Below, in pieces: positions 11,921 through 23,246 of a DNA stretch of 64,000 nucleotides. A program made the position numbers and the translations under genes. Each line of letters begins with the position of its first letter. The first letter of the stretch is position 1. Origin of the DNA: Camelus ferus (taxonomy: Eukaryota); NCBI RefSeq assembly GCF_009834535.1, contig NC_045696.1, forward strand, positions 104,596,001 to 104,660,000, in the 5' to 3' direction. Below the pieces are notes generated by a model. It saw only the letters and a program-made list of their open reading frames with translations, had not been told where the DNA came from and made no database searches.

Positions 11921-13260
11921 CCTCACTGGTGGCAGCATGGAAGTAGATTAACCCATGTAGAGAAGGATGCGTTGGATGCTGCTGTCACATCTTGGCATAG
12001 AGCTCATGTATTTACAGAAAGGGAATCTGAGAGAAGTGGAAAGAGGCCCATAAAGGACGGGCAGGGGGAGAGGAACCAGCTGACATCTGATGAACTCCAT
12101 ATGGGGTCACCCTCAGGGTCAGGCTCTGCACCAGCCACCCTGGATTAACTCCTTTAATTGTCTAAACAGCTCAGTGAGGGAAGGACTATGAACTTCCTTG
12201 AGGAGGAGAATTGAGGTTCAGAGAAGTTTGATAACTTGCCTGAGCTTGAACCTGGCTTTCACTAAATGTCACTAAGACAGAAAGATCCCCAAGCTCTTTC
12301 TGCTTAACCGAGCCTCCTGAAATTTTACAGGTCCTGCTAAGATCTTGTGCAAACAAACAGGGATGGAACCTCTCCACCCAGCCCACTGCCAACCCCCTGC
12401 CTGCCTCTTTTCTTGCTCCTGTCTCATGCCTAGTTCTGGAAGAAGAGCAAGGAGACACTTCCTGTAGACTTTCTCACCAGAAAAGACAATGAAATCCCCC
12501 CCAGGAGATGTGCAGACCAGAGCACCCAGTGTGTGAAAGGGATGGGACTGGTAGACATATCAAGCCTCTGACCTTCCTGACTCACCACCTTCCAAGCTGA
12601 GAAGACCAAGTCCACAAGCATGACATTTCTCATCCCCTCACTACAGCCCAGTGTGCATCCCGGCCCAATGAACTCCGACTCCTCATGGCTTCCCATCCAA
12701 GATTTTGGGGAAAAATCAATTGAATTTCTTCTATCTGCAAAATATAAGCAAGGGTGAAGCTGTTGCTGAGGACATTTCTTGTCTCCTCCTCCTTGAACTT
12801 GCCCTTCTGTCTTGGAATGCCCTCCACATCTCCCACCCTCCACCTTGACCTAGCGTTAAGACAGCTTGGGTTATCTGTCACTGACTCTGCCCTAGGCTGT
12901 GGGAGGGTCCCCTCGTGCTCCCAGAGCCTCTGTGCATTCCTCTGTCCCTGGACCCACCCATTAACCATTCTATCTCTGTCTGCCTATTTGTCCCTCCCCA
13001 GGATAGGGGTTGGATCGCTTCAGATCTGCAGACTCAGGGTCAAGCCCATGATTAGAAAACATGGAATACATTCTTGAAGAATAAACATATGAAGACATGA
13101 ACAGATAGACGAATCCCAATAAGTACTGTAGTGATCTTGGAAGCTTCCTAGAATGAGGGAAAGCTTGAAGAACAAACACTGGAGAACGTGGGAGGAACTT
13201 TAAGGCGAAGAGTGAGGGGGAAAGTCAGCATTAGCCAAGGAAAGATGCAGAAATAAAAAC

Positions 13261-14039
13261 GTCATATGGGGCATGGGAGAGAGACTGCCTTGGCTAACAT
13301 GTTAGGTTGGCAGATAAAAGTAGTCAGACATAGGGCAGAGTCCCTAGTGACTGAGGACCACAGCTGGCCTGTAGGACACCTCTGTGTGAAATGGAAAATG
13401 GTACCTTCTTAGTGAAGATGCCAACCCAGAACCACAGGGCCTGGAGAATGAATGGTCAATATCTTTGTGTTAAAAAACACGAGCCTTTTATTTTGGTGGA
13501 TGCAGCCCAGCCCTTGAGGGTGTGGCCCGGTGAGCAGGACAAGGGCCAAATTTCAAACTTCTGCCTTAGGTGTCCTTGTGCAATGCCCGACCTACACAAC
13601 CGTACACAGTGGCCTGACCTTGACAGTCTAGGTAAAAACAAGAAGCACAACTGAAGCCAATTCTTTTCCTAGAACCTGACTTTTTGAGCTACTTGGTCTT
13701 TTTGTAGTTCCCAAGCCTCAAAGTTCCTTCTTTTTCCAGAAATCTTCCCCATCCTGTGAGCTTGTGTTTTGACGTGGGGCACCCTGAAAGCAGAGCCTGA
13801 GACAAGGACTTGGGCCAAGGAATTTACTTGGGAGATGTCTCAGAAAGGCAGAGTGAGGAGGCAAGGAAAGCAAGACAAGGAAACTTGGAAAGGTGCAGAA
13901 TTGGGCTAATTATTGCTGTGGGCAAAAACGGGGCTTGATCCATCTGGATACCCTTTGGACTCTGCCCTATGTCTGACTACTTTTATCTGCCAACCTAACA
14001 TGTTAGCCAAGGCAGTCTCTCTCCCATGCCCCATATGAC
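13261..14039. repeat. Perfect 83-bp inverted repeat (arms 13261-13343 and 13957-14039; 613-bp spacer)
   Basis: The reverse complement of 13261-13343 (gtcatatggg...ggcagagtcc) matches 13957-14039 (ggactctgcc...cccatatgac) base for base. Pairing stops at the first flanking base on each side. Confidence 0.97.
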
Positions 14040-14200
14040 AAATCATGCAGGATGCACGTCGAGATTGTCCTTCTAAAGTACAAGCCACTGGGAGGTTTAC
14101 TGACCCCTCCACCCTCCACCTCCCATTGTGGGTGGTTATTACTGGGAACATGACCTTTCCCACACTTCTGGGGAGTGCCTGAGTGTGAGGTGAGGGCCGC
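13770..14200 (-). mobile_element. Ancient ERVL/MaLR-class solo LTR, interrupted by the 83-bp insert
   Basis: aagcagagcctgagacaaggacttggg...tttacttgggagatg...gctgtgggcaa...ggggct, then resumes collinearly after 14039 with gattgtcc...ctgggaggttta. Family assignment is from recall. Confidence 0.65.
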
Positions 14201-15100
14201 AGTGGATGTGCAGATTCTGACAGCATGCACTGAACCATCTATTGTGACTGCACTGAAACCAGATAGACTGAGGAGGCAGGACATAGGGCACAAAAAGTAT
14301 CTGCCTCAGAGTATCCTTAGGTCAAATCAGAAACTGGGAATCCTCCCTCTACTTGAAGACGTGAGGAAGAGGAGCAGCCCCTCTGCCCTCTCTCTCCCAG
14401 GAGAAGCCAAAAATGTCAGGTGCAGACCTGGCTCTCTGCCATTCATTTCCTGCAGCATCCAGCATCATGGGACCCTAAGAAAGGCAGCCTGTAGCCATGA
14501 ACAATAAAGATGCAAGTACTCACGAGAACTCGGGGCCAGAAAAGGTTCTCAGGACTATTCCTCCCTGAAGAGGGGAAGAAAAAGGCACCAGCTTGCCTCT
14601 GGCCCTTGGGTAACATTAAATTACTTACATTTAATATTTTATGGCAGGTGTAATGATATAAGCTTCATTCTTCAGCATCCATTAGAAATGAAGGAACATT
14701 TATATTTTAGTGGCACCAGGCCATAGATTCCCCAATGCCTGCTTTTCTGGGGCCATGCCATGAATACAGGAAGCAGATGAGAAGACATCGATCAGAGCTT
14801 GAATCTTAACCCCATAAATATGACCTGAAGTGCTTACTCCTATAAAATCAAAGGAAGAGGCCGATTTTTATGAGGTTGGGCTGAATTTCTTTTCTAATTC
14901 AAGGGGTATCACATGTATTTATAAGCCCAAATCACAATCCTTTTAGGAAAGGATTGAAGATTGTTCTGTGAATACCGAGTACTTAGCATAGAACACAGAC
15001 ATGGAAAGGAAGTATGAAGCAGGGGGCTGGCTGGCCATGAGATCCCTGGACCAGCCATTTCTGCCATGTCAAGCAGAAAGTCATAAAGTCAAAAGATATA

Positions 15101-15840
15101 AAAGATACCTCACACCCACTAGGATGGTCACTATTACAAACCCCCCAGAACCTAGAATATAAGAAGTGCTATGAGAATGTAGAGAAATTGGAACCCTTCT
15201 GCACTGTTGGTAGGAATGTAAAATGGTGCAGCTTCTCATAAAAACAGTCTTGTGGGTCCTCAAGAAATTAAAAATAGAATTACCATATGATACAGCAACT
15301 CCACTTCTGGGTATGTACCCAAAATAATTGAAAGCAAGGACTCAAAGAGATATTTGTACATTCATGTTCATAGCACTATTCACAGTAGCCAAAAGGTGGA
15401 AGTAACCCAAATGTTCATCAGTGGATGAATGGATAAACAAAATTTGGTAGACACATACATTGGAATATTATTCAGACTTAAACAAGAAGGAAATTCTAAC
15501 ATGTGCTACAGTGTGGAGGAAACTTAGGAATGTTATGCTAAGTCAAATAAGCCAGTCACAAAAGGACAAATATTACATTATCTAGAGTACTGAAAATCCT
15601 AGAGTCAGAAAGTAGAATAGTGGTTGCCCAGGGCTGGGAGAAGGAGGGAATGAGGAGCTAAATTGTTTAATGGGTACAGAGTTTCAGCTTTGCAAGATGA
15701 AAAGAGTTTTAGAGATGGATGGTGTGATGGTTGCACAACAGTGTGAATGTCCTTAATATTACTGAACTGTGCGCTTAAAAATGGTTCAGATAGTAAATAT
15801 TATGTTATGTATAGTTTATCATAGTTAAACATTTTTAAAA
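15101..15840 (+). mobile_element. Older 5'-truncated L1 (L1MA/L1MB-type): ORF2 C-terminus and 3' UTR
   Basis: cacacccactaggatgg...ggaatgtaaaatggtgcagc...gaattaccatatga...ggaatattattcag...atgggtacagagtttcag...gaactgt...cttaaaaatggtt. Confidence 0.92.
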
Positions 15841-16980
15841 AGATAGATATAGGAGAGGAGATAAAGATGGCGGAGTGGGGGGATGTGGAGCTCACCTCCC
15901 CTCATGAATATATCAAAATACATTTATGTGTGGAGCGATTCTTGCTAAAAATAAGTCAGAAAGTCTTATCTACAACTAAGACTGTATAGAATGATCTACA
16001 CAAAGTTGGGTAGTAAGAGAGGATAAATGATCAGATCAGGACCCTGATCCCTAATAGGGGATACAGAGAAGGAAGGGGATATAACAGTCTTGGAGATCTT
16101 CCTTGGGGAGTGAAGGGTTTGAACCATATAGTGGGCACCCCAGCCCTGGGATCTAACACTGGGAAGATGAGTCCTCTTAGTTGGTTGAAAAACCAGTGGG
16201 CCTTACTGGAGGGCTGTAAGAAACCAAGACTGCTCAGGAAGAGTGTGCACACACACTGGCTTAAGGTGGAGGAAGCAGACTGAAAATAGCCTGGGGTTCT
16301 GGACAGTTTCCTGAGACTGCCCCAGTATGCACCCCAGCCTGCATGGGGTACCTACTCCAGCCCCTCTTGCTTTGGTGAAGCTCTACACTAGGGCAAAGGC
16401 TGTCATTGCCAAAGAGAGTGCACGCTTGGGGAGACTGAAATCAGCTTGGACTTGGCCCTGCATCTGAATGGGGTGAGGCTGGCTGTTGCTGGTGAGTGCT
16501 TAGAAGCAGTAAATTGTAAACAAACTGGGGCTCTTACTGGCTTTCTGGGACTGTCCCAGCCAAAACCTCGACCTGCATCCTCCAGTAGGGTGAAGGTGCC
16601 ATTGTTGGGGGTGGAGGGAGATTGCACAATTAGAGGGAATGGCACTGGCTTAGACCTGACCCTCATGACTTCAGCACCTTGGATGCTACCCTTGCCTCCA
16701 ATAGGTTGGCGACAGCCATTAAGCATAGGAGAAGCCCCAGCTCACACCTCATGCTGGCTCTAGCCCCTCCATCTCCAGCCCTACCTCCCACCAAGGTGGT
16801 AGCCGCCAGCACACTCAGAGGAAATATGTGATCTATGCTCATTTCAGATCCAGCTCACCCAACAAAGCTAATGGGCACACAAAGACTGCACTGTGATAAT
16901 CCCACACAAGGATGCATCTTTGAGATCAGGACAAGTAACTGTTTCACGCAATTTCATAGAGGCAGAGAAAATCAACCAAA

Positions 16981-17845
16981 ATGAGAAGACAGAGCAATTT
17001 GTTTCAAATGAAAGAACAAGAAAAAAAAAAACCTGAAAAAAACAACTAATGGAACAGAGTAAATAATTTACCACATAAAGAATTCAAAGCATTAGTAATA
17101 AGAATGCTAACTGAACTTGGTAAAAGAATAGATGAACACAGCAAAAATTTTGACAAGGAGCCAGAAAATGTAAAAAAAAAAATCAGTTATAACAGAAGAA
17201 TACAATAACTGAAACGAAAACATACTAGAAGGAATTAACAACAGACTAGGTGACACAGGAGAATGCATAAGCAATCCAGGAGATAAAATAATGGAAATCA
17301 CCCACTCAGAACAGCAGAAAGAAAAGCAAATTTAAAAATAAGGCTAGTTTAAGGGGCCTCTGGGACAATATCAAGCATACTAACATTTGCACTGTAAAGG
17401 TCCCGGAAGAAGAGAGAGAAAGGGGTAGAAATGTATTTGATGAAATTATGGCTGAAAACTTCCTGAACCTGATGAAGAAAATAGATTTCCAGGTTCAAGA
17501 AGCACAGGGAGTCCTACACAAGATGAACCCAAAGAGACTCACACCTGGAATATAATTAAAATGGGAAAATTATAGAGAGAATTTTAAAGGTGGTAAGAGA
17601 AAAACAGAGTCACATACAAAGGACCCCCATAAGGCTATCAGCTGATTCTTCTGAAGAAACTTTATAAGCTAGAAGGGAGTGGAATATATATTTAAAGATT
17701 TGAAAGGGAAAAGCTTACAACAATGAAAAGTTAGCATTCAGAATTGAAGGAGACATAAAGAACATCTCAGACAAGCAAAAACCAAAAGAATTCATTAATG
17801 TTAAACGACATTAAAAGAAATGTTAAACAGTCTTCTCTTAGTGGA
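16981..17845 (+). pseudogene. L1 ORF1 remnant (frameshifted, with stops)
   Basis: Starts MRRQSNLFQMKEQEK. Later carries ORF1-like gctgaaaacttcctgaacctg, caagaagcacag and ataaggctatcagctgatt. Confidence 0.85.
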
Positions 17846-18359
17846 AAAGAAGAGGCTACAACAAGAAGTAAGAATTTATAAGAATGGAAAAATTCTACTA
17901 ATAAAGGCAAACATATGGGAAAGGCTGTGGGTCAACCTTAAATAGGCAAATACAAAGATTAAAAGACAAAAATTGTAAAATCAACTATAACTACAATAAT
18001 CAGCTAAGGGACAGACAAAAAGATGTAAAATCTGACATGAAAAACACAAAATGTGGAGGAAGGGAGTAATAAATGTATATCTTACATATATCATTTAGAA
18101 TGTGTTTGAACTTAAATGACAATCAGTTTAAAACAAGTAGATATAGTTACAAATCACCAGATGTGAACCCCATGGTAACTACAAATCAAAAACCCACAAT
18201 AGCTACACAAACTAGAGAGAAAGGAACACAAGTATACCACTAAAGGAAATCATCAAACCACTAGGGGGGAAAAAAAAAACTAAAAAAAAAAAAAAAAAAA
18301 AAAGAAGAAGAAAAGAACAGAGAAGAACTACAAAAACAACCAGAAAACAATGAACAAAG

Positions 18360-20680
18360 TGGCACTAAGTACATACCTACCAATAATGACTTTAAATGTC
18401 AATGGACTAAATGCTCCAACCAAAAGACACAGGGTGGCTGATTGGATTAAAACCCCCAGAAAACCAAGACCAATGTATATGCTGCCTACAAAGGACATCA
18501 TTTCAGATCTAAAGACACACATAGACTGAAAGTGAGAGAATAGAAAAAAAAAATTTCATACAAATGGAAGCAAAAAGAAAGCTGGAGAAGCAATACTCAT
18601 ACCAGATAAAGTAGACTTTAAAACAAAGTCTATAATAAAAGACAAAGAAGGGCATTATATAACAATATAGGGATCAATAAAAGAAGAGGATATAACACTC
18701 ATTAATACATAGACACCTATTGTATATAAAACAAATATTAACAGACATAAAAGGGGAAATTGACAATAATACAATAATAGTAGGGGACTTTCAACACTCC
18801 ACTTACATCAGTGGGCAAATGATGCAGACAGAAAATCAATAAGGAAACAGTAGCCTTAAATGATATATTAGACCAGGTGGACTTAATAGATATCTACAGG
18901 ACATCCCACCCAGGAGCAGCAGAATACACATTTGTTTCAAGTGCACGTGGAATATTCTCCTGGATAGTTCACATGCTAGGACACAAAGTAAGTCTCAACT
19001 TAGTTAAGAGAATAGAAACTATATCAAGCATTTTTTTTTTCTCCTGACCACAACAGTAAGGAAGTAGAAATCAATTACAGGAATAAAAAATGGAAAAACA
19101 CAAACACATGGAGACTAAACAACATGCTACTAAAAAAAAAAAGTATCAATGGAGAAATCAGAAAATACCTTGAGACAAATTAAAATAAAAACACAACTTG
19201 CCAAAATCTATGAGACAAAGCAAAAACTGTTCTAAGAGGGAAGTTATAGTGATACAGGTCTACTTCAAGAAATAAGAAAAATTTCAAATAAACACCTAAT
19301 CCATCACCTAACAGAATTAGAAAAAAAGAAAAGAAAAAAAAAAAAAGCACAAAGTCAGCAAAATGAAGGAAATAATGAAGATCAGAGAGGAAATAAATAA
19401 AATAGAGACCAAAAACAATAGAAAAGAGCAATGAAACAAAGATATTTCAAGATAACTGCTGTTCATGGATTAGAAGAATTAATATTGTTAAAATGTCCAT
19501 ACTACCCGAAGCAATCTACATATTTAATGTAATCTCTATCAAGATATCCATGACATATTTCACAGTACTAAGACAAATAATCCTACAATGTATATAGGAA
19601 CACAAAAGACTTGAATAGCTAAAGCAATCTTGAGAAAAAAGAAGAAAGCTGGAGTTATCATGCTCCCTGAATTCACACTACACCTCAAATTTACAGCCAT
19701 CCAACCAGTATAGTGCTGATACAAAAACAAGCACATAGATCAATGGAATGGTATAGAGAGCCCAGAAACAATTCATAGACATATGGTCAATTAATCTATG
19801 ACAAAAGAGGCAAAGATAGACATGGGGAAAAGATAGCCTTTTAAATAAGTGGTGCTGGGAAAATTGGACAGCTACATGTAAAAGGATTAATTAGAATGTT
19901 TCTCACACTGTATGAAAAAAAAAAAAAGTAAAAATGGATTAAAGACCTAAATGTAAGACTGGAAAACATAAAACTCTTAGAAGAAAACATAGGCAGAACA
20001 CTCTTTCACATAAGTTGTAGCATTATTTTTAAAATTAGTCTCCTCAGGCAAAAGAAACAAAAGCAAAAATAAACAAATGGGACCTAATTAAACTTAAAAG
20101 CTTCTACACAGCAAAGAAAACCATTGACAAAACAAAAAGACAACCTACTTAATGGGAGAAAATATTTGCAAATGATGTGTCCAATTAATCCAAAATATAT
20201 AAATAGCTCATATAAGTCAATATAATAAAAACAAACAACCCAATTGAAAAATGGGCTGAAAACCCAAACAGACACTCTTCTAAAGAGGACATACAGGTGA
20301 TCGATAGGCACATGAACAGATGCTCAACACTGCTAATAATCAGAGAAATGAAAATCAAAACCACAGTGGGATATCATCCACACCTGTCAGAATGGCTATC
20401 ATCAAAAAGACCACAAACAACAAATGTTGGCAAGGCTATAGAGAAATGGAACCCTAGTACACTATTGACAGGAATGGAAACTGGTGCAGCCATTATGGAA
20501 AACAGCATGGAGGTTCCTCAGAAAAATAAAAGTAGAACTACAGTATGATCAAGCAATTCCACTCCTGGGTATGAATCTGAAGAAAACAAAAACACTAACT
20601 CTTAAAGATATATGCACTCCATTGTTCATAGCAGGATTATTTACAATAGTCAAGATATGGAAGAAACTTAAGTGTCCAGT
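18360..20680 (+). pseudogene. L1 ORF2 remnant: EN domain and C-terminal region present, RT core missing
   Basis: Begins TYLPIMTLNVNGLNAPTKRHRVADWI. At ~19435 it jumps to the [11 protein letters not shown] region. Ends [10 protein letters not shown]...[24 protein letters not shown]. Confidence 0.9.
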
Positions 20681-20952
20681 GGTTACTTAGTGGTTATCAG
20701 TGGGGAGAAGAAAGGGTGATGGGAAAATAGGAGTAGGGGGCTAAGAAATCTAAGAGATACAAACTACTATGTATGAAATAAATAAGATACAAGAGTATAC
20801 TCTACAGCACAGGGGAAATAGCCAATATTTTTATAATAACTTTAAATGCAGTATAATCTTTAAAAATATTCAATCACTATGTTATACATCTGAAACTAAT
20901 ATAATATTGCAAATCAATTCTACTTTACTCAAACAAATAAATAAAAGATATA

Positions 20953-21125
20953 GATGATAGAAAAAGTTCTTGTAGACAATCTATTTCAACCCACTGATGA
21001 TACAACTGGGAGAACCTGAGGCCCAAAGAACACAGGTGACTTGATTAAAATCACACATCAAATTGATGGAGGACTCAAGACTAGAATTTAGATCCTGACT
21101 CTCAATTCATACCCTTCTAACAATC
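20953..21125 (-). mobile_element. MIR SINE (apparently the host of the L1 pair)
   Basis: caatctatttcaaccc...gaacctgaggcccaaag...gtgacttgattaaaatcaca...gactagaa. Confidence 0.6.
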
Positions 21126-21179
21126 CCATATGAACTTGCTTCATAATAAAGCACTGTGCAAAGTGTCAATGAGAAGTTT

Positions 21180-21385
21180 ATGGACCACTTACTAGATGCC
21201 AAGCACTATTCTGAGGTCTTGAATGTTTACAACAACCCTGTGAGGAAAAAAACTATTATTTCAATTTTACTCGTGAAGAAACTGAGGCAGGGCAAGGTTA
21301 GATAAAGCTACCTGGTGACAGAGCTAGAGTTTGAACCTAGACTGTTCAAATCCAGAGTCCACTGTCTTAGCCATTCTACCTCTAT
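21180..21385 (-). mobile_element. MIR SINE
   Basis: acaacaaccctgtgagg...gaagaaactgaggc...gagtttgaacctagactg...tccagagtcc. Confidence 0.8.
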
Positions 21386-22261
21386 ACCACTTCTCATTAG
21401 AATTCCTCATATCCTGTATTTCAAGGAAGCCTCCCCAACTACAAACAATATAAAGAGCTGTACTGTGAGGAAGTGTCTCAGTTCTCTTCTATCCATCATG
21501 CGTGTGCTGAGCTCCCTAGAGTTCCTAGTTTAGGCAAATCTGTGAGAAACAGAAGAGTGAAAATCATTGGAAAATAGCCAACATATATGATTCCCCCCAA
21601 ATCACAGATGTTTTACAATCCAATGAGAAGGTCACTGAAAAAGGAGTCTGTGTTGGGGAAGCTCAGTGAAACTTCTCAGTAGAGGATGAGTCTGCCCTGA
21701 GTTTTAAAGAATGAACAGGACTTGGCTTAAGAGTATGAAGGTATGGTCTATGTTCCTAATATCTGATGTGCAGTCCCATACTGGGAACTATGGGCAAGAT
21801 AAAAACATAGATGCCATTTATTTACTTTTCAGGATGCCAGGAAATATCTGTTTGCACTGGTTTGGTTGGAAACAGGGTCCATCTCCTGAAACTTTCTAGT
21901 TAAGGGCTAGAGAAGACCCCTAATTCCTTTCTGAAGAAGTTAAAATAGTTGCAAGGCCAGTGTAAGTGAAAATTAGCCACAATGAGTGCCCAGAAAAATT
22001 GATAAACAATCCTCCTGGGATTCCCATGGGCTTCTGGGACTCCCGCAGAGTACTGAGATTGAAGTTCAATTGGCCTGAGGTGCTGGGACTCCAGGTCTCC
22101 CACCCCCATAGCTTAGATTTTAATCACTTTACATTTTATGTTTCTAAGTACAATTTCACTAAACAAAGAAGCCTGTGACTAAATCTATCTAAAAAACTAC
22201 ACTAAGAAATTAACATGCTACACTGAATTCTCAGATCCTACAGTATTCTATGGATTGGTAA

Positions 22262-22470
22262 GTAAACTAACATTTGTTGAGTGCACGGTACTAATTTCAA
22301 TTAATCCTCACAAAAACACTAGGGGGTAGGTTTTATAGACATGCCCATTTTATAGATTAGAAATCTGAGGTGAAACAAAGGTGGAGGGACTGCCCAAGAC
22401 CATGCAGCTGTTTATCAGTAGAGCCAATAAATGAACAGAGAGCTGTCTGACCCCAAAGCCCAGATTCCCT
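22262..22470 (-). mobile_element. MIR SINE
   Basis: ttaatcctcaca...cccattttatagattagaaatctgagg...tgcccaagacca...gtctgaccccaaagccc. Confidence 0.75.
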
Positions 22471-23225
22471 CAAGTACACCAAGAAACTTGTCCAAAGTTT
22501 TCCCTGACTCAATCTTGTGAAGTTTAAGGTGAGGCATGAGGGAGGTCTAGCTAGCAGAACTCAGAAGACTTATACCCAAAATTTGAGATCAGCAGCACAC
22601 AGATTCTATGTGAATTCAAAGAGGCTTTCAGCCCCTCTCCCGAATGAAGTTACCTCATAAATTGCCCCTGTTACCATCTGTTACCATAGTGCATGGTAAA
22701 GCATCAGATTTTGACTGGGTACCAGAATGCCTGGTTTCAATTCTAATGATTCTCAGTTTCCCCTGTAAGAATGAGCCCTGGCTCATTCAGGGATGAGACA
22801 AGATAAACTCATCCTCTTTGTGATGTGCCTTGTGGTATTGCTTTAATGATACTGACCTGTTTGCCAAGAGCTACATACACAATCACTTTAATGAGGTATT
22901 ATTTTTTCTATGCAATAGATAATCTTGTTTGACTGCATTTGTAGTTATTCTTCAGGGCAAACACTTTGTATTAATCTTAGCAATGATGGATAAAATATCA
23001 TGTGTAAAATATTTCGCATCCAGAAAGTCAACCTTTCACTCTTAAAATTGATGTCTAAAGCAAATATGGTTGTAGAGAGCACTTTGGAGAAATGTCACAC
23101 CAAATTGCACAGGTCGCTGAGAGAGTTTTGTCTGAAGGTGCAGAGGCAAAAGGAAGCTGCATATTCTAACAAGGATCTAAGCTTTCATTTCTTTGGTCCC
23201 TCAAAATTGGCATACGGTCACGGCC

Positions 23226-23246
23226 TTCAGTACCACGGACAGCACC
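23226..23246 (+). promoter_or_regulatory. REST/NRSF binding site (RE1/NRSE)
   Basis: TTCAGTACCACGGACAGCACC versus the canonical TTCAGCACCACGGACAGC(G/A)CC: one mismatch in 21 bp. Confidence 0.85.

Larger units (their letters stand above)
15851..20945 (+). mobile_element. L1 retaining its 5' end, with two internal deletions; dead copy of cetartiodactyl type
   Basis: Begins with a YY1-type site aagatggcgg (15864-15873), followed by a 5' UTR, ORF1 from ~16981, ORF2 endonuclease region from ~18360, ORF2 C-terminal part, 3' UTR and an A-rich tail at ~20931-20945. Confidence 0.95.

Noticed and set aside
16670..16690. RE1-like TTCAGCACCTTGGATGCTACC in the L1 5' UTR
   Set aside because: The right half-site is poor.
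22769..22788. Palindrome with 9-bp arms, gaatgagcc-ct-ggctcattc
   Set aside because: Within chance expectation and at a MIR edge.
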